From NCBI GenBank assembly GCA_963623485.1, contig CAVFLV010000014.1:6461-70460 (forward strand): a stretch of 64,000 nucleotides of DNA, written 5' to 3'. Position numbers and translations under genes: made by a program. Origin of the DNA: a bacterium. Lineage in GTDB: Bacteria; Patescibacteriota; Saccharimonadia; Saccharimonadales; Saccharimonadaceae. Every line of letters starts with the position of its first letter. The stretch's first letter is position 1. This document shows, in pieces, positions 28,955 to 38,432 of the stretch. Below the pieces are notes generated by a model that saw only the letters and a list, made by a program, of their open reading frames with translations, did not search any database and was not told the DNA's origin.

Positions 28955-30307
28955 TTATTCATGAGTTTTATCAAGCGACATAAATCGCGACTTCTCGCCA
29001 TCGAAGAATAGTTCAATCACGCCAATCGCGCCGTGCCGGTGTTTGCGAATCAAAAGTTCAGTTATGTTGGTGGGCTCTTCTTCCGGTTTTTTGTAATAAT
29101 CCGGACGGTGTAAAAACATGACAAGGTCCGCGTCCTGTTCGATGGACCCCGATTCCCTCAAATCCGATAGCACCGGTCGTGGGTCGTCCCGCCCAGTCAC
29201 GTTACGTGATAGCTGCGCCAAAGCCACTACTGGAATTTCGAGTTCTCGCGCCAGAACTTTTAGCCCACGCGAAATCTCCGTCACTTCCTGCACCCGGTTG
29301 CCCGCATATCGGTCCGAGCCCGCCATCAACTGCAAATAGTCCACAATCACCACGCCAATACCGTGGTCGTGCATCGCCCGGCGCGCCTTGTTACGCAGTT
29401 CCGCAATTGTCATCGAGCTAGTATCATCAATATAAATCGGCAGTTCATCAATGTCACCCAGCGCATCGCCAATTCGCGAAAACTCCTCGTCCGATAAATT
29501 CCCCGTCCGCATTCGCCAGTTATCCACGTCGGCAATATCCGAAATCATCCGGTCCACGATTTCGTTTGCCGCCATCTCCATCGAGAAAAACAACACGCCT
29601 TTTTTATTAATATTGGCAATGTTATACGCCAAATTTTGCGCAAAAGTTGTTTTACCCATGGCCGGGCGCGCACCAATAATCACTAAATCGCCTTTCTGCA
29701 GCCCCGCGGTCTTTTTATCTAAGTCCGTAAAACCGGTCTTTAAGCCTCTCAGCACGCCCTTATTACGTTGAAGTTCTGCAATCCGCTCGAGCGCATCCGC
29801 AAGCAGCTGATCCATCGCCACATAATCACTTTTGACGATTTTATCAGAAACCGCAAATAACTCTTTCTCGGCCTCGCCGACCAAATCATTCACGTTGACG
29901 TCTTCGGCGTAGGCTTTGTCTGCGATATTATTTCCGGCTTTTATTAGTCGTCGCCTAGTCGAAGCCTTTTCGATAATCTCGGCATAAGCCTTCGCATGAG
30001 AAGCTGCCGGCACGAAATTCGATAGTTCGGTCAAATACGGCGCCCCGCCAACATCTTTTAACTTTTTTTGCGTTTTAAGTTCTGCGGTTACGGTCAGTAG
30101 GTCAATCGGTTTATGCTGATCATAAAGCTCGGACATCGCTTTGAAAATAATTTGATGCCGGAGCTCATAAAAATCGTCCGGGCGCAAAATCGTCAAAATC
30201 TCCGCCATCGCGCCATCCGCGAGCATCATCGCGCCGAGTAATGATTTTTCCGCCTCAGTATCTTGCGGCGGAATTCTCCCGGCTTCAGAATGGGTCGTTT
30301 CCTCCAT
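28955..30307 (-). CDS. dnaB: replicative DNA helicase
   Basis: PPQDTEAEKSLLGAMM N-terminus, GARPAMGKTT Walker A, IVDYLQLM. Confidence 0.95.
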   Translation of the reverse strand: MEETTHSEAGRIPPQDTEAEKSLLGAMMLADGAMAEILTILRPDDFYELRHQIIFKAMSELYDQHKPIDLLTVTAELKTQKKLKDVGGAPYLTELSNFVPAASHAKAYAEIIEKASTRRRLIKAGNNIADKAYAEDVNVNDLVGEAEKELFAVSDKIVKSDYVAMDQLLADALERIAELQRNKGVLRGLKTGFTDLDKKTAGLQKGDLVIIGARPAMGKTTFAQNLAYNIANINKKGVLFFSMEMAANEIVDRMISDIADVDNWRMRTGNLSDEEFSRIGDALGDIDELPIYIDDTSSMTIAELRNKARRAMHDHGIGVVIVDYLQLMAGSDRYAGNRVQEVTEISRGLKVLARELEIPVVALAQLSRNVTGRDDPRPVLSDLRESGSIEQDADLVMFLHRPDYYKKPEEEPTNITELLIRKHRHGAIGVIELFFDGEKSRFMSLDKTHE

Positions 30308-31820
30308 TGTCGTTTATTACCTCTCCTCCCATTATATCAGAAATTTTCTCAATCATCGCGTCTTTTTTTGCCGAAGCTGGATGCTCACCCTCGTTGTGAA
30401 TTTCGATTTTTAATCCCGCCCCGATTTCAGCCAAAACATTTTTATTGTTTTTACTAGATAAAATACTTTTGTTAATTTTGGTGCGCGGATAAATATTTAG
30501 TGTCGTACCATTTTTTTCGTATTCGCACCGCTCGAGTTGCGCCCCTACTGCTTCGTTTCTTTGACGTACCTGTTCTTTAAATGCGTTCCAATCAAAATTC
30601 AAATCAATATTAGGGCTAATTTCTGCAGCTGGCTTAGGTTTGGCGGTGGGATTGGCAATATCTTCGGTAATATTTTCGGTAATAGGTTTGGCGATATCTT
30701 CAGCAATAGTCTTGGTAGCATTTTCAGATTTTTTAACCACGCTCGCCGGCGAAGCCACTTCTTTTTTCTGCTCGGCTACCACTTCCTTTTTCTGTCCAGC
30801 GATTGTTTCCTTTTTCTGTCCAGCTACCACTTCCTTTTTCTGCCCAACAACTCCTTCACTTTTTTGTTCAGCTACCACTTCTTTCATCACGGTTTTAGCC
30901 CCACTAGCCAAAGCAACTAACAGTTTCGCTTCCGCAAACGGCTCTTTAACCGCCGGTAATTTTTCGAGCAGCGACAGTAGCTCCGCTCGAGGCTGCTCCA
31001 AAATCGCCTCAATCATTTCCTCAGCCAAAGTTTCGGGTTTTATCCCACTCGAAAGCAGTTCCTTTAATACTTCTGCCGTCTTCGCAATATCTCCAGCTAA
31101 ATATTTTTCCAGTAATTGAGCAATCTTCTCATCTTCCGGTAGCCCCATTGCCGAAACCAGTAGTTCCTTAGTAATTTTCTGCTCGGACAAAGTCGAAACC
31201 TGGTCTAATAAACTCAGCGAATCCCGAAACGACCCACCGCCTTTTTTCACAATAATCTCGAGTGCCGCATCATCAATTTTAATTTTTTCCTTGTCGCAAA
31301 CACTCCGCAAAAACTCCAGCATGGTTTTCTTATCGGCGAGTTTAAAAGTATAGGCTTGCGCCCGCGAAGTAATCGTTACTGGCACTTTGTACGCATCGGT
31401 CGTTGCCATGATGAAAATCGCGTGCTCCGGTGGCTCTTCCAAAGTTTTTAGCAGCGCATTAAACGCCTCCCGAGTCAGCATATGTACCTCGTCAATAATA
31501 TAAACTTTATACTTGCCTTTTGTCGGTGCGATCAGTACTTTCTCGCGCAGCTCCCGAATGTTGTCGATCCCGCGGTTACTCGCGCCATCGATTTCGATAA
31601 TATCTACATAATCATCCTCGAGTTTATACTCAAAACCATTTACCGCGTGCGCCAAAATTCGCGCCACGCTGGTTTTACCGCATCCGCGCGGGCCAATAAA
31701 AAGATATGCGTGCGAAACCTTGCCCTGCACAAGCGCCGTCGATAGCGCTTGGGTCACCTGTTCCTGCCCGACCACTTCCTCCAATTTTAACGGCCGATAT
31801 CGTCTATACAGATTCAACAT
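30285..31820 (-). CDS. dnaX: DNA polymerase III subunit gamma/tau
   Basis: YRPLKLEEVVGQ, GPRGCGKTS, DEVHML, TTD..KV..TI.SR. Contains an internal 8-aa tandem repeat. Confidence 0.93.
   Translation of the reverse strand: MLNLYRRYRPLKLEEVVGQEQVTQALSTALVQGKVSHAYLFIGPRGCGKTSVARILAHAVNGFEYKLEDDYVDIIEIDGASNRGIDNIRELREKVLIAPTKGKYKVYIIDEVHMLTREAFNALLKTLEEPPEHAIFIMATTDAYKVPVTITSRAQAYTFKLADKKTMLEFLRSVCDKEKIKIDDAALEIIVKKGGGSFRDSLSLLDQVSTLSEQKITKELLVSAMGLPEDEKIAQLLEKYLAGDIAKTAEVLKELLSSGIKPETLAEEMIEAILEQPRAELLSLLEKLPAVKEPFAEAKLLVALASGAKTVMKEVVAEQKSEGVVGQKKEVVAGQKKETIAGQKKEVVAEQKKEVASPASVVKKSENATKTIAEDIAKPITENITEDIANPTAKPKPAAEISPNIDLNFDWNAFKEQVRQRNEAVGAQLERCEYEKNGTTLNIYPRTKINKSILSSKNNKNVLAEIGAGLKIEIHNEGEHPASAKKDAMIEKISDIMGGEVINDNGGNDPF
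30755..30874. repeat. 5 x 24-nt tandem repeat inside dnaX (encodes (V/I)(V/A)(A/G)(E/G)QKKE units)
   Basis: Units ccacttcttttttctgctcggcta, ccacttcctttttctgtccagcga, ttgtttcctttttctgtccagcta, ccacttcctttttctgcccaacaa and ctccttcacttttttgttcagcta. Confidence 0.85.
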
Positions 31821-31821
31821 T

Positions 31822-32343
31822 TTATAGCGCCGCTTTTACCGCCGCCCAAGTCGCGTCCGGGTTATCCGCCGGAATTGCCACCGAAACCTGCGTCCCCTCG
31901 CGCAAATGGAAATAAGTCACCGAAGCATACAAAATCTGATACTCGCGCCCCGCCACCTCGACAAAATATTTATCGTCGTGATGGGTTAAAGTCCCAATCA
32001 TGTCTTTACGTTCCACCGGCCCGATTTGTTTATACAAAAACTTGCCGTCTTCGGTAATCGTCAGCTTCATAATGTCGCCTTCGACCAATTTTGATTTCGA
32101 CGCATAGTTCGCCGGCACCGGGTAGTTTTTGCCGTCCGGTCCAATCATAATTTGACCGTCAAAAACGCCCTCGATAATTTTACCTTCTGGCCCAGTCACT
32201 ACCGCGTCGCGTGGCGCAGTAATAGCTTCGCCATCGCCCAAAATGGAAATCAGCATTTCCTTTGCTGCTGCAACGCTCGTTTCTGCCTCCGAAAGAAGGC
32301 TTCTGAGTCTTTTTATTTGTTTTTCTGGTATTTCAGACATCAC
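31822..32343 (-). CDS. hypothetical protein
   Basis: 173-aa ORF directly upstream of dnaX on the same strand, with an SD-like GAGGTG. No family recognised. Confidence 0.5.
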   Translation of the reverse strand: MMSEIPEKQIKRLRSLLSEAETSVAAAKEMLISILGDGEAITAPRDAVVTGPEGKIIEGVFDGQIMIGPDGKNYPVPANYASKSKLVEGDIMKLTITEDGKFLYKQIGPVERKDMIGTLTHHDDKYFVEVAGREYQILYASVTYFHLREGTQVSVAIPADNPDATWAAVKAAL

Positions 32344-32465
32344 CTCGCATCCTGTCTAAACATAGTATTATTATTATAATATACCCTCACGTCCTTAAAG
32401 TCAAGTAGAAAACTTACGAGTTTTCCACCATAAAAACAGTAGTTAGGCACAAAATGTTGTAATTT

Positions 32466-33590
32466 TTACATTTTCCATAAACCCGTATGACGCGCTCCGT
32501 CATAAATCATGGTCGGAATCCCCTTGACCTTAATCTGATTCTCGACAATTTCCCGATTTTTCTGCATTTTGGCGGTTATTTCTTCCGATATCGCCGTCTC
32601 TCCGATTTTCTCTCGCTCCGCCGAATGAACTCCCGCCTCTCGTAGCCACTCATTCACCGCCTGGACCGCCTCCTCGCGCGAAAAATCTTCGTTCATCAAA
32701 TCCTGGTAAGCAATCCCGTCTTCGTTTTTGTCGTAAAACACATGTTCCAAAATGATAATACCTAGCCCCTGGCGATATTCCTCCGCCGCCAAAATATAGC
32801 GCACCAAAATCTCCGAATTCTTAAACTTATACGTGTCGTCCGCCCCCTGAATCGCAAACGGTACAATCCTTAAAGTATAATTTTTAGCAAATCCGGCAGT
32901 TTTTTGCGCTTTGTAAGATTTTGCGCAAACAATACACCCTGGGTCCAAAATCTCCACCGCTATCGGCCCATCAGCATCGTCGTCAGTTTTTTCACTACCG
33001 CCGCTGCCATTATTACCGTCCTCATTGCTACCCCCATCGCTATCACTAGTATCGTCACTATCCTCTCCAACAATATAACTAAAATCATAATCCTCACCTC
33101 GGTATTCACGGAATTTATCCGGAATCGCCTCGAAAATCTCTCCCCATTCTGTAAACCAACGCCCAATCCCCTCGAAAAACCCGTCTGGCTCGCTCTCATC
33201 AATCGAACACACCTCCGCTCCCAACGCACAAGATTCCGCCTTGGTTACGTTGCAAGTCCCCAGCACCGCCAGCGCGAGTAAAGATTTAATCGCCGTCACG
33301 ACCGCCCACACAAACACCACCACTATCACCACTGCCAGCACTTCGATCGCTACCGACAACGGTTTTAGCCATTTCGGATGCTGAATTACCACCCGCGACA
33401 ATAATGTATTTTTTACGTCATCTTTAAATCCGGTTTCACATTTTTGCAACCGCACTTTTTTGCCGAGACACCCAGCCGACTTTTTAAGCAGTTTTAAATA
33501 CGCCTTGCCGACCCTGGGTCGAAAAATCGAAATCGCCGCCACAAACACCCCAATAATCGCCAAAATAATAAACGCCGCAATACACACCAT
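32466..33590 (-). CDS. membrane-anchored thioredoxin-fold (DsbA-like) thiol-disulfide oxidoreductase
   Basis: Two N-terminal TM helices, an acidic low-complexity linker, CIVC (CxxC) and a cis-Pro loop VKGIPTMIYDG. Confidence 0.55.
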   Translation of the reverse strand: MVCIAAFIILAIIGVFVAAISIFRPRVGKAYLKLLKKSAGCLGKKVRLQKCETGFKDDVKNTLLSRVVIQHPKWLKPLSVAIEVLAVVIVVVFVWAVVTAIKSLLALAVLGTCNVTKAESCALGAEVCSIDESEPDGFFEGIGRWFTEWGEIFEAIPDKFREYRGEDYDFSYIVGEDSDDTSDSDGGSNEDGNNGSGGSEKTDDDADGPIAVEILDPGCIVCAKSYKAQKTAGFAKNYTLRIVPFAIQGADDTYKFKNSEILVRYILAAEEYRQGLGIIILEHVFYDKNEDGIAYQDLMNEDFSREEAVQAVNEWLREAGVHSAEREKIGETAISEEITAKMQKNREIVENQIKVKGIPTMIYDGARHTGLWKM

Positions 33591-33627
33591 AATATAAATA
33601 TTTTACCACAAGCGGTGCAAAAAACAA

Positions 33628-34818
33628 CTATTTTAACAATTTGCTTAACGTTTTTTCGACTTTTTCGATATCTTCCGACCGATTATGTAGCCCTAGCGAA
33701 AAACGTACTAGTGGCGGCAATCCCAAAACGTGGTCCAAATAATAATGTGCACAAAAATACCCCGTCCGCGCCATAATATTTTCTCGCGACAATGCCGTGC
33801 CGAGCAGATGCGAATCCACCCCCTCAACATAAAACGACATTGTCGGATTCGGCTCGACATTCACTAAATGCACCTTGTCGGAACTATTCAAAAAGTTAAA
33901 CAATTCCGTATAATTCTTTTCAAATTCTCGCCAAGCCGATTTCGGCACTTTCTCGAGCCACTTTAAGCCCGCCTCGAACCCCACAATCTCGCCCCACGCC
34001 TGCAGCCCAGCCTCAAATCGTGTATAACGATGCTCTTTGTTATCTGCCGACAACTGAAAATCATCGGCAAATACATCGTCCACCATCCCCCCACCCAGCC
34101 ACTGCGGTTCGAGATGTGCCAATAAATCGTCTCGCCACACCAGCACCCCGAGCGACGGTCCATACATTTTGTGCGCCGAAGTCGCAATCGCGTCCGCCTC
34201 CACTCCTCGCACCACTTCCACCGAATGAGCTAGCGTCTGCGCCGCATCAATAATCACGATCCCGCCCGCCTGATGCACTTTTCGTACCAATTCCTTCGCG
34301 TTCAACAGTTTTCGCCCATCAAAATTCGACGCGCTATTTACTACCACCACCGCTTTTTCAAAATCGTATTTTTCTAGCGGAATCGTCCCGTCTGTATTCC
34401 GCTCCATCACTTCTCGTGGGAGCTGATGCTTTCTTTGAAACGCAATTGACGCAAGAAACGGCGAATTATGCTCAATCTCGCTAGTCATGATTTTCTTAAA
34501 TTCCCCGCACTTAATTTGCGCCAGTACTAGGTTAATCCCATAAGTCGTGTTTAAAGTAAACGAAGTGTTATATTTTTTCTTCGGCAGTTTCAGATATTTT
34601 AACATTTCATCGCGTGCCGCCTCGACTTTTTCGTCCGTCTCGATTCCCCACTTATACTTCACCCGCTCCCCGCAAGAGTTGTGCGTCGTATAATAATTAT
34701 TCACCGCTTCAATCACCGCCCGCGGCCGCAAACTCTGGCACGCCGAGTCCAAATAAACTTCCCCCGCTCCCAAATAATCAAAATCATCCATAGACTTATT
34801 ATACACCAAAAACTTCAA
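33628..34818 (-). CDS. class V aminotransferase / cysteine desulfurase-like PLP enzyme
   Basis: YLDSACQS and SAHKMYGP (PLP lysine) motifs. 396 aa. Confidence 0.75.
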   Translation of the reverse strand: MKFLVYNKSMDDFDYLGAGEVYLDSACQSLRPRAVIEAVNNYYTTHNSCGERVKYKWGIETDEKVEAARDEMLKYLKLPKKKYNTSFTLNTTYGINLVLAQIKCGEFKKIMTSEIEHNSPFLASIAFQRKHQLPREVMERNTDGTIPLEKYDFEKAVVVVNSASNFDGRKLLNAKELVRKVHQAGGIVIIDAAQTLAHSVEVVRGVEADAIATSAHKMYGPSLGVLVWRDDLLAHLEPQWLGGGMVDDVFADDFQLSADNKEHRYTRFEAGLQAWGEIVGFEAGLKWLEKVPKSAWREFEKNYTELFNFLNSSDKVHLVNVEPNPTMSFYVEGVDSHLLGTALSRENIMARTGYFCAHYYLDHVLGLPPLVRFSLGLHNRSEDIEKVEKTLSKLLK

Positions 34819-34963
34819 AAACTTTTTAAAGCCAAGGTTATCACTACTAAAACCCCAAAAACAAAAAACCGTGCAACCAAAAACCCTTTCGTGCCGAGCC
34901 TGAGGAAAATCTTAGACTCGCCCGAAAGGGTTTGGTTTAAACTAGCTAACCTATCATTGTGTC

Positions 34964-35335
34964 TTACGCGAGTTCGACCGTCGCACCAGCTTCTTCGAGC
35001 GCTTTCTTCATCGCTTCGGCTTCGTCTTTTGCGACTTTCTCTTTCACTGTTGCCGGCGCACCGTCGACAATTGCTTTGGCTTCGCCAAGACCCAGTCCAG
35101 TCGCTTCCTTCACAGCTTTGATCACTGCAATCTTCTGCGCACCAGCGTCTTTCAAGACGACATCATATTCGCTCTTGCCTTCATCTCCCCCAGCTTCACC
35201 CCCTGCCGCTACTGCAGCTACCGCCACAGCTGGCTCAATTCCATACTCATCTTTGAGCAAGGTTTTCAATTCGTTTACCTCGAGCACGGTCATATTGACC
35301 AACTCTTCGGCTAACTTTTTAATATCAGTTGCCAT
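34964..35335 (-). CDS. rplL: 50S ribosomal protein L7/L12
   Basis: ..[43 protein letters not shown]. Confidence 0.97.
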   Translation of the reverse strand: MATDIKKLAEELVNMTVLEVNELKTLLKDEYGIEPAVAVAAVAAGGEAGGDEGKSEYDVVLKDAGAQKIAVIKAVKEATGLGLGEAKAIVDGAPATVKEKVAKDEAEAMKKALEEAGATVELA

Positions 35336-35353
35336 ATTTTCTCCTTAATTTAA

Positions 35354-35851
35354 TTATTGGTTGCTTTCGGCATGTTTTTCCAAACCAGAAACAATGCCAT
35401 TGACGCCAGAAAGTAGCGTATCGACGACCTGAGCGATAAGTTCGTTCTTGGTCGGCAAATTACCGAGAGTGTTGACTTCTTCGCCCGAAAGATTTTCGCC
35501 TTCGCCGTTAAAGCCACCAATCAGCTCCATTTTAGTGTGCGTTTTTGCAAACTTCGCCAAAACTTTCGCTGCATCAAAGTCCTCGTCCGTACCCATTGCA
35601 TATAGCAATTGTCCGGCTAAATCGCCAGTTTCGGTGTTTTTGAAAGTTGCGATTTCTTTCATCGCCACCTTCACCAAGCGGTTCTTGACGACCTTGATTT
35701 TAATATTCGCCTCTCGCGCCAACTTTCGCAGCTCTTGCAATTCCGCCACGGTCAAGCCTTCGTATTTGGCATACACGACCATTTTGGAATCGTCGAGCAG
35801 TTCAGTTAATTCAGCAACCAACGTGTTCTTTTTATCCTTTGAAATTGCCAT
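35354..35851 (-). CDS. rplJ: 50S ribosomal protein L10
   Basis: Typical L10 N-terminus and position upstream of rplL. Confidence 0.93.
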   Translation of the reverse strand: MAISKDKKNTLVAELTELLDDSKMVVYAKYEGLTVAELQELRKLAREANIKIKVVKNRLVKVAMKEIATFKNTETGDLAGQLLYAMGTDEDFDAAKVLAKFAKTHTKMELIGGFNGEGENLSGEEVNTLGNLPTKNELIAQVVDTLLSGVNGIVSGLEKHAESNQ

Positions 35852-35985
35852 AAAAAGTTCCTTTGGTTTTAGTTAATATTGGGTTAGCTAGTTGTTAAAT
35901 AGCGTCACCAAATATCTAAGAATTTCCTCGGTGGCATAATTAAGAATAAGCTCCGCCACTGTCTTTGGTAACTCTTTCCATTATA
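35852..35985 (-). promoter_or_regulatory. rplJL promoter (TGTGATATAAT) plus ~120-nt leader (possible L10 autoregulatory leader)
   Basis: Extended -10 at 35980-35985 on the minus strand. Long untranslated leader with GTGGCGG/GCCACCG pairing potential. Confidence 0.4.
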
Positions 35986-36004
35986 TCACAGATTGTCTAA
36001 AAAA

Positions 36005-36568
36005 TCAAGACTCGTGTTTAGTGGTCAAAAATTGAAAAATTGCCCCGACCGCGGTAATGCCGATTAGTAGTGGCCAATAATAGGTCTGAAAAGCCAGTTC
36101 GGTCGCCAGCCCCAAAATCGCAACCGTCATCGCGTACCCGCCCGCGCCAGCCGTAACGAGAATGGTCGCCGGCTTCATCAGCATTACCGCCGCCCCAGCA
36201 ATTACCACCCCAACTATTGCCGCAATAGCAATGGTCGACATCTCGGTCCCAAACGCCTGCACCGCGACCAAAATCGTCAGCGCAAAGCAAATTCCACCCA
36301 CACACAATTTTTCAATCGAAAATCCAAGCAAAGCCAGTAACAACCCGCCCGCAACCGGAATTAAAAATTGATACAATTCCGTCGCCATGATTTCCGGCCA
36401 CATTTGATTTAAGGTCGGCATCAAATATTGCATCCCATGATACCCCAGTAAAAACCAAATCACAAAAAAGGCAATTTTTTTCAGCCGGTAGCCAAACAAC
36501 ACAACCGCGAGACCTATCCCCAGCGTAATAATAAGCTCCGGCACGTCAAAACTTTGAATAATATCCAT
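36005..36568 (-). CDS. hypothetical polytopic membrane protein
   Basis: About 6 TM helices. ATG 36568 lies 6 nt downstream of TGTGTTATAAT, so the gene is probably leaderless. Confidence 0.6.
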   Translation of the reverse strand: MDIIQSFDVPELIITLGIGLAVVLFGYRLKKIAFFVIWFLLGYHGMQYLMPTLNQMWPEIMATELYQFLIPVAGGLLLALLGFSIEKLCVGGICFALTILVAVQAFGTEMSTIAIAAIVGVVIAGAAVMLMKPATILVTAGAGGYAMTVAILGLATELAFQTYYWPLLIGITAVGAIFQFLTTKHES

Positions 36569-36667
36569 AACCCTATTATAACACAAAAACCTCCGCCCCA
36601 GCTTTTTCTAAAATCTGCCAGAGCGGACGTTTGTTTGGTCTATCAAAACCTTAGTTTGGGTCAGCGA

Positions 36668-37618
36668 CTAGTTATAAAGATTTTCGATTTGAATCGACGG
36701 CCCCATCGTAGTAGTAATGAACACCGACTTGACGTACGAACCTTTCAAGGTGTTTGGCTTTTGCGCCTTCAACGAGTCAAAGAACGCGTTGGCGTTTTCG
36801 GTCAATTTCTCGACGCCAAACGAGGTTTTGCCTACGCCGATATGTACAATTGCTTGCTTATCGACTCGATATTCAACCTTCCCTGCCTTGGCTTCTTTCA
36901 CGGCCTTCTCGACATCCATGGTCACCGTCCCAGCTTTCGGGTTTGGCATCAAACCTTTTGGCCCGAGCAACCGCGCAAATTTACCAAGTTTTGGCATATA
37001 TTGCGGAGTCGCAATCAAAACGTCAAAGTTAATCGTGCCTTTTTCGAGCTGTTTCAAAAATTCTTCATCCTCGGCGATATCCGCTCCGGCAGCTTTCGCA
37101 GCCTTGCAAACATCGAGCGGCGCAAACACGGCCACGCGCACGGTTTTACCGTTTCCATTTGGCAGCACCAAAGTCGTGCGGATGTTTTGGTCGGCTTGGC
37201 GTGGATCCACCCCGAGCTTAGCGTGGATTTCAACCGACGCGTCGAACTTCACCGGGCTGGTCTTGAGCGCCAACTCAAGCGCCTCGCTAAGAGTATAAAC
37301 TTTGTTTTTCTCTACGAGCTTAGCCGCTTCTTGATATTTTTTGCCTCGGCGTTCAATGCGCGGACGAGTCACCGGCGTAGCCCCCTTTGGCTTGACCGCC
37401 GCCTCTTCGGCCTTGCGCTCTTCTTTGCGAGCCTGGCGTTCTTCCTCGGCTTTCACCTCTTCGATATGTTTTTTAGATTTTTTGCCAGATTTCGCAAAAG
37501 TTTCAGCCTCAGCGTTTGTTTCAGCAGCAGCCTCAACCTTCGCATCAGCCACGACTTCCGTCGTGTTCTCTGCGACCGCCTCGGTAGTTTCTAGTTTTTT
37601 AGCCTCATCTTCGGCCAT
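36668..37618 (-). CDS. rplA: 50S ribosomal protein L1 with an N-terminal Glu/Lys/Ala-rich extension of ~90 aa
   Basis: KFDASVEIHAKLGVDPRQADQNIR..LPNGNGK core. Start at ATG 37618 after GAAAGGAG. Confidence 0.93.
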   Translation of the reverse strand: MAEDEAKKLETTEAVAENTTEVVADAKVEAAAETNAEAETFAKSGKKSKKHIEEVKAEEERQARKEERKAEEAAVKPKGATPVTRPRIERRGKKYQEAAKLVEKNKVYTLSEALELALKTSPVKFDASVEIHAKLGVDPRQADQNIRTTLVLPNGNGKTVRVAVFAPLDVCKAAKAAGADIAEDEEFLKQLEKGTINFDVLIATPQYMPKLGKFARLLGPKGLMPNPKAGTVTMDVEKAVKEAKAGKVEYRVDKQAIVHIGVGKTSFGVEKLTENANAFFDSLKAQKPNTLKGSYVKSVFITTTMGPSIQIENLYN

Positions 37619-37694
37619 AATTCTCCTTTCGTGGTCCAAACGATAACATCTCCCACGTTAATTAATAACTCCTTCTATTATATCACAAATCTCA

Positions 37695-37728
37695 AGAAAA
37701 GAAAAGGCGGGACCGTCATTAGTCCCGC
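37695..37728 (-). terminator. intrinsic terminator of the orphan 143-aa gene
   Basis: Stem GCGGGAC/GTCCCGC followed on the minus strand by CTTTTCTTTTCTT. Confidence 0.7.
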
Positions 37729-37747
37729 TAAAAGTAAGGTGCCAACG

Positions 37748-38179
37748 CTAATCATCATACATTCCGTATCTGACAGGACCACAGTAGCTACTGTGGCGAC
37801 AGTCCGGATTGACCGACAGCGTTGTCTTTGGGCAATAAAAGCGACGAATTTCATATTTAAAATCAGTAATTCGTGCCTTCATTGTTTTGTAGATATAACT
37901 ATGTCTAAACGTAGTTATATCTATTATTAATTCCTCCAGCTCCTCGCCAGTTAAATCGACGAGGTAGTCTTCCACTTCCTCTTCGGACGTCATATCCAAC
38001 AGAGGAATAGTGGGCCATTCCTCCAACATGCTTTGCCGTATGGCGTGCACTGGTCGGAGTCCGAGTGAGCGTTTTTCTATTAATAGACACTCGTACTCTA
38101 CCGGAAGTTGCTGGTAGTCATTATGGGTTTTTGCCCACAGCGACATAACTGAATCGATGAGTTCATACGCTTGTCTCAT
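37748..38179 (-). CDS. hypothetical protein (orphan cassette inserted between rplK and rplA)
   Basis: 143-aa ORF with its own consensus promoter, an AAAGGGGGA SD and its own terminator. No family recognised. Confidence 0.6.
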   Translation of the reverse strand: MRQAYELIDSVMSLWAKTHNDYQQLPVEYECLLIEKRSLGLRPVHAIRQSMLEEWPTIPLLDMTSEEEVEDYLVDLTGEELEELIIDITTFRHSYIYKTMKARITDFKYEIRRFYCPKTTLSVNPDCRHSSYCGPVRYGMYDD

Positions 38180-38226
38180 CTTTTTTGTCCCCCTTTCGTC
38201 GTGTATAGGATAATTCCTATGCCCTC

Positions 38227-38255
38227 ATTATAGCACAAAAACTTTAAAATGTCAA
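38227..38255 (-). promoter_or_regulatory. consensus promoter of the orphan 143-aa gene
   Basis: Minus strand TTGACA-N17-TATAAT with TGC extension. Confidence 0.7.
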
Positions 38256-38297
38256 TGCTTTTATGCTTTTTTGACCTGAAGCCCACCCAAAAAATAC

Positions 38298-38371
38298 CCA
38301 CAAAATATCCCCCAAATGCCCCCCTAGGGGTATCAAGAAACATCCACAAAATAGCCCCAAATGCCCCCCCC
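38298..38371. repeat. two ~28-nt direct repeats (ccacaaaata(t/g)cccc(c)aaatgcccccc), period ~45 nt
   Basis: Copies at 38298-38325 and 38343-38371, upstream of the orphan-gene promoter. Confidence 0.8.
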
Positions 38372-38432
38372 GAAACTACTAGCAACCAAAAAAAGAACGC
38401 CAGTTCTCTGTCGTCCTTTTTTGCCTTAGCGA

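Noticed and set aside
36554-37594. 346-aa plus-strand ORF, the longest unassigned ORF in the track
   Set aside because: It lies fully antisense to the well-supported rplA. Its Arg/Phe/Leu-rich composition is typical of the reverse frame of a Lys/Glu/Ala-rich gene.
38176-38385. 69-aa minus-strand ORF upstream of the orphan 143-aa gene
   Set aside because: It covers the promoter of the 143-aa gene and simply translates the two 28-nt direct repeats (GGAFGAILWMF / RGAFGGYFVGIF). It has no SD. I treated it as non-coding repeat DNA, though a tiny membrane protein cannot be fully excluded.
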